Assembly (NCBI GenBank): GCA_900617105.1
Contig: UYFQ01000738.1
Span: 53,532-73,531, forward strand
DNA: 20,000 nt
DNA from: Hydrurus foetidus
Taxonomy: Eukaryota
Direction: 5' to 3'
Shown piece by piece: positions 1-10,300 of this stretch. Position 1 is the stretch's first letter, and each line of letters opens with the position of its first letter. The notes beneath the pieces were generated by a model, which was not told the origin of the DNA, did no database searches, and saw nothing but the letters and a program-made list of their open reading frames with translations. The position numbers and the translations under genes are program-made.

Positions 1-942
1 TCACTGGTTATCATGCAGTGAGACATCGCAGTGGCGCTGATAACTGTCATTTTCACAACCGATAAGAGGGTCCGCTACAATGTGTGGCCATCAGTGGTAC
101 AATTCCAAACGTTGCTACATTGTTCTGTAGGTTAACGAAACTCAACGGCAACTGAGCCATAAGATCATTTGACAAACAGTGTCTTGATGCGCCCGAGGCC
201 TGGAGATTTTCGGCTTGTGCCTAGGAACATGCAGCCTATTCCGTGAACGGGATTGAGAAGTGGACGTACTGTATTTTCAGAATCAGTTAAATATAGCCGG
301 GTTAAGCCGCAACTATTCCGACCTACTGGAAGGTTCGGGATTTGCACGTTGATAGTTTCTTCTTTAGTGCGTTGCACACTCGTATTCTTTAATTATCCCG
401 AAATGATTTGGGACACCGACCTTGCATGATTTTGTCTAAGTTGCACAGATTCGCTTTTCGGGGGAAGTTTCCAATGTGGCATGATATGTCTACACCAAGG
501 GGTCTACACGGTGTTACTCATCTCTAACAATCTCAGGTCAGGTGATTTCTGTCTCCTCAATCTGGGCCGCTTCTGCGTTCAGCAGCAGTATTGCGTACAC
601 TGGTTGCCGCTTTGATCTCAGAACGATTTGCTGTCAGGAAATCCATACGCGCGCTATTGCGATACTGATATTCTCTGGTATCTACAAATTCGACTTCCAC
701 GACTAGCCAAAGAGGACAGATGAGCTCTCAATGGACTTCAACCAGTAGTAACTCCTCTCCTAGTGATGCTGCTGCAGAGTTATCAGTATCCGCTAGATTA
801 ATCTCGACCATGAGTTTCGTTTGACATCGAAAGTTGTTCGGGGTCGTTACATGGGCACGGAAGACTTCTGGTGGCGGATTGACGTGGTTTATTTTACATG
901 GGTTCTCTCAAAATCAGGCAGGGACAAAATGGGGTTGCATTT

Positions 943-1593
943 TTACTCTGCGACTTTGAGTGATGCTGTCTTTCTCAATCTGGTAATGGCAGTTCTAACT
1001 GTTACCGCGGCAGCGGTACTGAGAAAGATGGAAAAGTAAACGTTGTCACGAATGAGTGCTGTGATATAAATAAGGTCGTCGACAAAGTCGCAGTCAGATA
1101 CAGTAAGAGCCGTATTTGGACCTGGCTTTCAATGAGTAGATATGATGATGTGTGCAGATGATATATATGTGATGTGATATCACCTTAAGACGTATGCGCC
1201 TCCAGCCATAACTTTCTTGCATCTGAGGCATTTCCATACACCGGTTGCTTGTCTTTTGACGCTATCATATTGAAATTTTATTGCACATCGTAAGGACATC
1301 TGCTGATTTTCTCACTGTTGTTCCAAGCTGATGTTGATTCTGTAACTTACGCGTTCTTGCCGCAGAAAGAGCAATTGTACTTGGCGTGCTGTGTCACTTC
1401 CATCTTCTTGATGACTTTACGGAGAGTGGCACCATATCTGGTACCATATTTACCGCAAATGCCAACCTTTTTCGTGTGGTTTCCCTGTAATCAAAGTTTC
1501 GAGGTAACAGCATGAGCTTTTGACAAACTAATCACTGCCTAATTTCCCCGCTGTAGAGCCAAAACGCGTGTTCCTCAGTGATGTTCTCACCAT
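943..1593 (-). CDS. RPL37A: 60S ribosomal protein L37a (eL43), 4 exons, 96 aa
   Basis: Manual splicing. Exons 1593-1591 (ATG only), 1484-1351, 1261-1184, 1018-943; all introns GT..AG with matching phases. Product [96 protein letters not shown]. It carries the eL43 signature [13 protein letters not shown] and the CxxC...CxxC zinc ribbon. Confidence 0.97.
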
Positions 1594-1925
1594 TTTAAAT
1601 AGATGCCTGTCTGTGACTCAACCCGTCAAAAGTAGTCTCCTAGACACATTTATAGGGTCCTCTGTAATGGAAGCTATCATCTCCGCCTCCGCTCGGAGCC
1701 CAAAGCCAGAGAAATTTATAAGCGACACAAAGAAAAATCTTCAGAAGTCGTTTTTGAAGGATTATCCGTTTTCTATGACAAAGAAAAATGAAAAATTGGG
1801 GGAATTTTTACGGTTTCCCTGTCTACCATCCCACTGCATTCAGCAGGTTAGAGGTTACATTGTTCGAACATTACAGTTTGAGGTGATGAATCAAACACAA
1901 CTTCCTGTCATTCCTTTCGCTGCTC
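1594..1925. promoter_or_regulatory. Probable bidirectional promoter / 5' UTRs between divergent RPL37A and Kelch genes
   Basis: 332 bp between head-to-head start codons (1593 minus, 1926 plus), with an A/T-rich core. Inferred from gene arrangement only; no specific element identified. Confidence 0.5.
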
Positions 1926-3158
1926 ATGTTGATGGAGGCGAAATTGAGCTGCACTATCTGCGGGATCAGTGACTTCGAGTCGAGGAACAAGCTTTTCAAG
2001 CATCTGAAATCATGCGCTACCGCATCAAATGGTTCTGCTGATATTTTGTCATCAGTAAAGGTTGACCAGAGTGTTTCTGATAAGTACATATATGTAACTG
2101 GCGGGCGATGTCGAGGTCGAACACTTGGTAGCGTGGAACGGTACAGTCTGGAGCTCAAGAGATGGGAAGAATGCCTTCACATGATGGAAAATAGGGGCAG
2201 TCACGGAGCTGCTGCAATTGATAATATGCTGTATGTTTTTGGTGGCGGTGGTTTCAGGTCAAATTTAGCCACTTGCGAAATGTTTGACAGTAAGCTGCTG
2301 ACCTGGAAGGCGGTTGCACCATTGAAGACTTTTAGGCATGCTCTAGTCGTGTTTTCAATGGTAGTGTCTGACACATTGTTTACAGAGCAGCAGTCAGTCA
2401 TTCCAATAACTAGCACTCATAGGGAACTTTGCTCATCTAAGAATTCAATGGACTTAATATTTGCTGTCGGTGGCTGGTATGATGGATCTGTTTGTTCTGG
2501 GGATGTTGAAGTCTACGATCATCTCACGGACTCATGGTTTGCATGTGCTCAACTGGCGGTGCCCCGCCGTCTTCTTGGGGCGTCAGCTTATAAGAATCAA
2601 ATATATGTATTTGGTGGGAACTGCGATGATGGAGTGTGGTTTACAGCTGCTGTAGAATGTTTAGATTTCGCCTCTAACTGTTGGTCGCGGAAGAAGGATC
2701 TCCCCTCCCCTGGCCCTGCATCAGCGGTAACGATTGGGGACTACATCTACGTGATTCTGCACGGAAAGAGAATGATGAGATACTGCCCATTATCTGATAC
2801 CTACACGAACCTCGCAGCATTGCCCTTGAAGGAGTGGTTTTGCTTCGATGTGACATCCTTAGGATATCTCGTGTACCTGCATGGAGGCGTCTCTCAGGGG
2901 GACTCTTCGAAAGCATTCTACTCGTACGACATCAGAACGGACACGTGGGAGGAGCTGCCTGCCATGCTGTATCCTCGCAGGAGATGCGCTGCTGCCATTA
3001 TGGTGGCGGATCCCAACCCTAACCCCTCCACTGTTCCCCTTCCTAATCCCTATTCTAATCTGTCCCTTGTTCCTAATCCTATTGCTAATCCTTCTCCGTG
3101 TGTGGTGCTGAGTGATCAGTCAGAGGAGTCCGCCAAGAAGCAGAAGGTGGTCGAGTAA
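1926..3158 (+). CDS. Kelch-repeat beta-propeller protein with N-terminal C2HC zinc finger (410 aa, apparently intronless)
   Basis: Six Kelch blades with the hydrophobic-GG..Y/F..W..R pattern (YIYVTGG, LYVFGG, LIFAVGG, IYVFGG, degenerate YIYVILHG, VYLHGG). N-terminal CTICGISDFESRNKLFKHLKSC. PN-rich tail ending in basic KKQK. Confidence 0.9.
   Translation: MLMEAKLSCTICGISDFESRNKLFKHLKSCATASNGSADILSSVKVDQSVSDKYIYVTGGRCRGRTLGSVERYSLELKRWEECLHMMENRGSHGAAAIDNMLYVFGGGGFRSNLATCEMFDSKLLTWKAVAPLKTFRHALVVFSMVVSDTLFTEQQSVIPITSTHRELCSSKNSMDLIFAVGGWYDGSVCSGDVEVYDHLTDSWFACAQLAVPRRLLGASAYKNQIYVFGGNCDDGVWFTAAVECLDFASNCWSRKKDLPSPGPASAVTIGDYIYVILHGKRMMRYCPLSDTYTNLAALPLKEWFCFDVTSLGYLVYLHGGVSQGDSSKAFYSYDIRTDTWEELPAMLYPRRRCAAAIMVADPNPNPSTVPLPNPYSNLSLVPNPIANPSPCVVLSDQSEESAKKQKVVE
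3012..3092 (+). repeat. Degenerate CCCTAA/CCTAAT hexamer tract encoding a Pro-Asn-rich tail
   Basis: cccaaccctaacccc...tcctaatccctattctaatc...tcctaatcctattgctaatcct; includes two ~30-nt units (TVPLPNPYSN / LSLVPNPIAN). Confidence 0.6.
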
Positions 3159-4314
3159 TTCAAATATTCTAGAAGTAGTTGCGGTGTCAAGATAGGATCA
3201 GTGCGGGAGATGATGGAGGTTGTTCTCGAGAGAACAGTGCTGTACTTACATGTTAGAGTTGACGCCATTGCATTCGCAATGGCACATGTGATGTCCTGTT
3301 TACCATGACATAGTATTGTATCACACACCATTTCACAGTGCGGCATGACTGACTGTCTGCCTTGACCTGTAAACAGTAATACCATACAGCGAATCAATCC
3401 TCTTCACAGTCTCGGACTCAATGCCGCACACTCCGATACCCGCCCTGTAGTGCCAGCCCTACATGATTTTCTTATCTCAATCTTCATGGGCTTCCTTTCA
3501 GCTTAATGGTGATAGATTTTGAACAGCAGCACTATACTCCGTTGTCGTGTCCCTTCGTGATCTATAAAGTGAGTGGAGTCGGATCGGATTAGGTTAATCT
3601 GTTCCACTCCTTGTAAAACATACTGCACTGCACTGTTTGGTATCATACTGGCGAACTTGTCGAGATCATTTCGACATTCTTCAACGGGATAACTAACACT
3701 CAAATGCGACTCAGCGGAAAAGAAAGAAGAGAAGATAAATGTATTAACGTTAGTGGAGACTTTCAAACACATCCAAAGGAAATACAGGACAGTAAAGCAG
3801 AATGATTCTGATACTGTAGAGCAGAACACATGGGGTAGCTAGGTGACGCTAGCTATCTTATACAGTATGTATTCTCCATTCTTCTCATCTTCTTCCACTT
3901 CTTTTTACCTACTATAACAGTTGCACAGCGTTCCCAAATAGAAAAAAATAGTGAATATCTACGAAACGATACAATGGTATACAGTACACAATACGGATAA
4001 GATGTAATGTAATGCACAGCGGGTAGATGCTTCGACTGCTCAATTGTACACTAAATTAAAATGTTCATCTCACCATACTGAATAAAATTGAACTGAATAA
4101 ACTTGGAGAAGATAACCGGCTCAGCTTTCGCTGCTGAAATGAATGTCTATTGGCTCTTGTGATGTGTGATGTATTGTGTTGCGATATATTGTGTTGCGAT
4201 ACACTGTACATATGTGCATGTCTATTCGTGTGAATGTACATATCTTCTCGGTGGAATCCATTTGAGCTAGTTGCGACCACGAAAGTGGTGTGACGCACTG
4301 TGCAACACTCAGAT

Positions 4315-7300
4315 TCACCGACCCCTACCTAACCCCGCCCCCTCCCTGCCCCCTTCGTACACCCTCAACTTCTTCACAGCCTCGGAATGCGCGTACTTCA
4401 AATTTTCAATTTCCTCGAAGAAGTCCAGATCGAACGCAGAGAGTTCCTGTCGAAGCTTTTCGTTTTCTTCTCTCAATCGGGCAGTCTCCTGTGTCGCTGC
4501 TGCGATGTTTCTCTCACCCTCCTTCATGGCTTGTTTTTTGTTCTGACCCTGTTTGCTGATGAGGTCGTTCAACTGCACCTGCAGTGCGGCAATCTCCTCT
4601 CTATCTTCGGCCGCATTCAGCCGTAATTCGGCTATTTCCTTCCCCTCCTTGTTCACCCCTTGGGGTGGTGGTTTATCTCTGGAGAGCTGTCTGGCCTGCT
4701 GCACAGTGACCTCTAACTGCTGCACCCTTCCTTCAGCTGCTGTTGCCTTCCTTCTAAAGGCCTCCTTCTCCGCGACAAGGAGATCCACCGACTCCTTCGC
4801 AACGGCTAGTTCGTCCTCCTTGGCCTTGAGCTGCTTGCGCACAGAGGTGAGTTGCTGCTGTCTCTGAGTCACCTTCTGCCCACTCTCCTCCATTGACTTC
4901 ATCTTGGCCTGCAGGGCGAGAAGGCTTTCTTCCAATTTCTCGCCTTTCTTCTTCTCCAAGATTAGCTTCACACTCTCCCCTCCTGCTCCTGTCCCCTTTA
5001 ATTTGGAGTCCGCATCAACACCTGAAGGACCGACAGGACCGGTGCCTACTCCTCTGCGCAACCTGTCATTCTCGCTCTTCATTTTGTCGATAACTTTCTT
5101 CATCGCCTCCACTACCCCCTCGAGGTCTCTCTCCCTCTTACCCCCCTTACCCCCGGATCCTGACCCCTGTCCCGCCCTCTCTTCCTCCCATGCGAAGGTT
5201 CTAGACCCTGTTCCTGTTTTGGCGTCATGCACCCCTGTTGCGCTGACTACATTCTTGTAAGCGGCTTCCAGTTCTCTGACCCTCCTCTTGAGTCGCTCCA
5301 CATCCAACTCTCTCGCCTCTAAGTCGAATCTGATTTCGTGTAGTAACATATGTATAGTGAACAGTGAACAGCGAGTAACAAAGGAGAGGAGAGGGAGAGA
5401 GAGAGATCGTAGACTAGTCTGGGTACGTGAAGGGAAGTGATGGCTGACTCTATCACCAGTTGAGATGTTTCATTCCCTGGAAGGGGCAGAGGGAATGGAT
5501 GGGCGGCATGGCACTCCTGTCGCCCACAATCCGTCTGATACATTCTGGCTAGACATGTTATGTTGTATACTGATCTTATCGCGTCACATCTTATCGCGTC
5601 ACATCCAATCCCATCTAATCTAATCTCCTCACAACTCATTCCGTCCTATCCAACCCTATCCAACTCAATCCAACAGCATCAAATCTCATCTCTCCCCTCA
5701 CCTTATTTCCATGGCCTGTGAGTCCCTTTCTAGCAGTGCTCCTTCGAGATCCACACGTTGCTTGCGGGCTCTCTCTAGTCCTTCTCGAAGACGCTCCTCT
5801 CGCATAAACCTAAGGAATAGAAATGATAGAAAATAGGTCAGGTCAGGTCAGGTCAGGACAGGACAGGACTGTTGTGCAGAGGAGAACACAGCACAGAGTA
5901 CATAGCCTATCATAGTATAGGGCGACATAACATAGTATATCGCAACGCGTCCCATCATAACTTTTCATGTCATGTCATGTCATGTCATAGAAGGAGTGGC
6001 ATGTCACAGCACGGACTTAGGCTGAGAATCAGAGCGCAGGGCAGCATAGTAATCGATGAGCGCAAGAGTCACGCCTCAATCCACTCTGCTACTACACAAC
6101 GACAGCAAAGTAGAGGAAGTTATGCCCTAACTGCACTGCACTGCACTGCACTACACTACACTGCACTACACTGCACAACACTGCACTGCACTGCACTGCA
6201 CTACGCTGCACTGCACTACACTACACTGCGCTGCACTGCACAATATTGCATCACGAGAAGCAGCAGTGCAGGTGTCTCACCTGTCTTCTGAGTCTCTCAT
6301 GGACTGACCCCCTTGACCCTGTCCCTGGATCCTAGTCAGTCTCTCTTGCGCTTCTTCCAGATCGATGGAGACTTCTTCCTCTCTGTTCCGAGCTGCGGAC
6401 AACTGCTGACGCAAAGTTGTGATCTGAAGATTGAAGGGAGCGGGAGAGAGGAAGATAGAGGAGGGAGAGAGATTGAGGGAAATGAGTGAGGGGGAGGGAA
6501 GGGCTAGTGGTGGAGGGGAGAGGGGAGTAAGTAAGCCGGTCAGATATGGTAATCGTCCACCAGGTAGTACGAGTGAATGGATGTCTATGAAATCTCGCCT
6601 CTCTCGCGTGGTCACAAAACGCTCACACACGTCCACGCACACATATACGTGTTAACAACTCAAGCACACTCACACACACTCTCACCTCGTTGTGCAGGTC
6701 CACTTCCACTCTCCTCTGTAACCGGGAGTTCTCGTCCTCCAGTGCGAAGATCTTAGACCTCGCAGATTCTAGACCCTCCACGTCCTCCAGACTCGCCTTC
6801 TTGTTCTCAATGTTGATTCTAGAGCTCTGACTCATTTTCTTGGAGATTTCCTCTTTTGCTATGATGGCTGACTGGGCTGCGTCTCTTGACTTCTTCAGTT
6901 GCGCGGTGAGGTCGGTTACTTCCTCCACTTGGGCTTGCAGACGCTCTTCAAGCACTGTGATGCGTTTTTGCAACTTTTTGTCCGTCTCCCATTTGGCGTG
7001 TTGCTGCTGTCGCACATCTCCATCTCCCTTCTTCCCTCCCCCTCGCTCTCCATCTCCCTTCCTCCCTCCCCCTCGCTCTGCATTCTCCTTCTCCCCCTCC
7101 TTGTTCTCCCCTCTGCCCAACACGTTGCCTCCCCCCGTCCCGTATCCCAGGACTTGTCCCTTCGCCGAGAAAGCCGTGACTGATCCGTACCGCCCGGCTG
7201 AACCTGTAAGTATGTACAGATTGAACGGATTAGCAAAGGAATTGATTGTGATATCAGTTAGACTGAATCTATTGTGCTGATGAGCTGATGTGTCCTGCGT

Positions 7301-10300
7301 ACGCACACAGACGGGCGAACGATTGAGTCTTCGTGTCGCATACAGCCCGTCTCTCCTTCTCATCTTTTGTCTCATCTTAACATCTTTCCTCCACTCACCT
7401 GGCTCTCTTTCGTATTTCTCTTTGTCGTCCACATGTTCCTCCTCTCCAGATGTCTTCCGAAGAATCAAGTTCTGAGTCCGCAGCACCTCTGCCTCTGTCT
7501 CTAAGTGTTCGATGCGAGAGAGGGCCTCCTCCAGTTTAACACCGCTGGGCGCCTTCCCCTTTCCTTCTAGGAACTCCTTCAACTTGTCCCTCAGCCGCAC
7601 CTCCTTCTTCTTCGTCTCCTCCAGCTCCTTCCTGCACCGCGTGAGTCCCTCCTGCGCTGCTGCTGCCTGAGCCTCCGCTCTCCCCACCTGGCTCTCCAAC
7701 CTGTCCGACTCCTCTTGGGCCGCCTGTCTGGCAGAGTTCAACTTCTCCCTCGTCTGCCTAGCCTTCTCCAGATCCTCCTTGGCGAGACGCAGACCGTCTC
7801 TGAGGGCTGATATCTGCGACCTCAACTCCCTCAGCACAGACTCGCCCATGCCCTCCTCTCTGCGAGACCCTGGACCCGCTCTACCCCCATCCCCGTCCCT
7901 ATCATCGTCATCATCATCATCTCTGCTCCTGCTCCTCCCTCCTCCTTTCTCTTTGACCTTATCATTTGTCTTGCTCTTCGCGACTGCGTCTTTCATGAGC
8001 ACAGCAGCCACTGCCTTCTCCTCCTCCACCTTGATGAACTCCTCCTTCAAGCGGACTATGATGTCCCGGTACCCCTTGATCTTCTCGTTCTTGCCCTTCA
8101 CCAACTTCTGCAACTCTAGAATCTTAAGGTTCACGTTACCTGACTGTCCGGGCGCTGCTAATTCTCCCTCTGACGTAACAAGTGCTCTTTGTGTGTCAGC
8201 CTCCTTACCCCCATCCCTGTCCCTCTCTCTGTCCCGGTCTCCTGTATTAGGATGGGGAGGGGGATAGCCACCGGCACTCATTGACGCTTGTCTGTCGTTA
8301 GCCTGGCGCTGTACGTGTGCGGTGTACTTCCCCTCACTAGCCTGAAGCTGCTGAGCCAACAGAATCATATCACCCTTCATGGCGTCCATCTCCTTCAGGG
8401 CAGTGCCGCATCGTATCTCCGCCCTCTCCCTCTGGTTCTCTTGACTCGACAGCCGCTGTTCAAGCTGACTTATCGTCCTGTCCTTATCAGTTATGATCTG
8501 ATCTGCATGCTCGATCTGCTCCAACAGTCGTGTGTGTGCTGAGAACGCTTCTTCTTCGTTCCCTCCCGTCCCCTTGGCCCGTCCTCCTGGAGGGTCCAGA
8601 TCGTGGGTCAGCCGTTCCAAAAGTGCATCCGCTTTTCTGTCCGCCGCACTTTTTGGTTTTTGTACCATTTTAGCGTCTTCTAGTTTTTCTCTGTACTTCT
8701 CGATGGCTCTGTTCTTCTCGTCTAGCAGCTGTTTCATGCTCGCCATGGTGGCGGTGGCCGCCTCTTGAAGCCGCTCTTGGTCCTCAGGAGAGAACCCCTG
8801 CTTCCCTCTCCTCCCTACCCCTCCCTGTCCTTGTGCATACTCTGCTCCTATGCTGCCTCGCTGGTTGCCCTTGATGTCTGGTAGTCCCTCCTTGTCCATC
8901 ACTCCCTCGTAGTATGTCACGTGTCTCTCCATCTCCCTCAGAGCTGCTTCGCACTCACTCAGAGAGCTCTGCAGGCGGTCCCCCCTCAATTTGAACTCGC
9001 CCGCCTCCCTCCTACTCACCATCAGGACTTCGTTCATCTCTTCTATTCTCTTCACCAAATCATCAGGATCACAACGGGACAGATCTTCATTGGAACCAAT
9101 GTCCACTCCCCCTCCTCCTACTCCTACTCTTCTTCCTTCCCCTCTTCCTCTGCCTGCTCTGCCATCCTTGTGAGGTGCATCGTGTGTGGATGCGGAGTAG
9201 CTGACCTTCCTCTCTTCGTACCCTCCCTCCTCCATCTCCCCCTCTCCGTCCCCCTCTTCATAGTTTCCTATGTTGATCAGGCCTCCTCTCAACTTCTTGT
9301 ACTCCAATATAGTGTCCCCCAATGGGACGATACCTCCCCTGTTCACCGCTGATGCATCATTCTCCTGTGTCCCTTCCGGATAGGAGAGATCCATGAGGAG
9401 GTTCTGCGTCTCTGCCCTTACCTTACCTTCTTCCAAGTCTTCCACATCAGCTTGGATAGACACCAACATGTTCTGCAGGAGTTTCTTCTCCTGTCGCAGC
9501 ACTTGTATTTCCCTTCTTTGCTGCAGTGCTGCTAGCTTGTGCGTCCTCACCTCTTCGCTGAGGGCCACGAGTCGCATGGCTAGTGCCTGCTGCTTGTTCT
9601 TCCCCTTACTCAACGCCTCCAGATCGAGACACCTCTGCGTTAGGAGGTCCTTCTCAACGGTCAGGTCCTGCGCCACCCCCTTGAGGGTCAAGCTCTCCTC
9701 TTCAGCCTTGGAGGCCTTGGCTACGGCACCCTCGGCTAGGGTGGAGAGCGAGTGCACTTTATCCGACATTGACAGCAGCTTGTCTCCGATGCTCACTAGT
9801 TTCCTTCCCTTGTTCCTCGTGAGATCACTCTTGCTCTTGCTCCCCCTCCCACCCCCTACCCCACCCCCCATCGCTCCTCCTGGGGTGTATCCCCTGGGGT
9901 CATCCTCTGCAGACGCCATGTTGCGCAGAGTGCGTAGACTCTTCTTGAGAGCCGCCACCTCCAGTCTGTGCGTGTCCTGTATCGTCAGCACGGCTCTCTC
10001 CCTCTCGTCCAGGCGAGTCTCGAGAACCCTGCGGTTAGAAGGGAGAGTGGGAGGGGAGAGAAGGTGGAAGGAGGGGAGGGAAGTCAGCGGTGAGCACGGA
10101 ACTGTTCAGTGCTGAGTAGGTGTTCGGCGGCGCATTCATACAGGAGAAAAGGCAACAGTGTAGTGATGTACAGTTTTTATTGCGGAACTCTTCGGTAACT
10201 ATCGTCTCATTAGTTGTACCGCTCAACACAAACTGTGTTAGGTAGCAAGGATCAGTAGATCACAACACAACACAACACATCACATCACATCACAACACAT

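Noticed and set aside
540..930. TGA-interrupted frames suggesting stop-codon reassignment
   Set aside because: All four reconstructed genes translate cleanly with the standard code, use TGG for Trp, and have no internal TGA.
1..940. Possible gene or decayed element: ORF 165-377, a minus frame reading MVEINLADTDNSAAASLGEELLLVEVH*, and an acceptor-like ttctgtag at ~130
   Set aside because: No recognisable motif and multiple stops. I could not build a consistent exon chain, so it is left unannotated.
1019..1590. Intronic snoRNAs in RPL37A introns
   Set aside because: No properly paired box C (RTGATGA) and box D (CTGA) with a terminal stem on the sense strand. H/ACA RNAs cannot be excluded by eye.
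1568..1972. 134-aa plus-strand ORF
   Set aside because: GTG start, spans the divergent promoter, overlaps both flanking genes, and has no domain signal.
2361..2440. Possible intron explaining the ~30-aa insert between Kelch blades 2 and 3
   Set aside because: The candidate GT..AG pairs I tested (62 or 80 nt) would shift the frame, and the ORF is open. Treated as a loop insertion.
3116..3829. Minus-strand ORFs 3116-3397 and 3503-3829
   Set aside because: Non-ATG starts, no recognisable motifs; they lie in the convergent 3' intergenic region.
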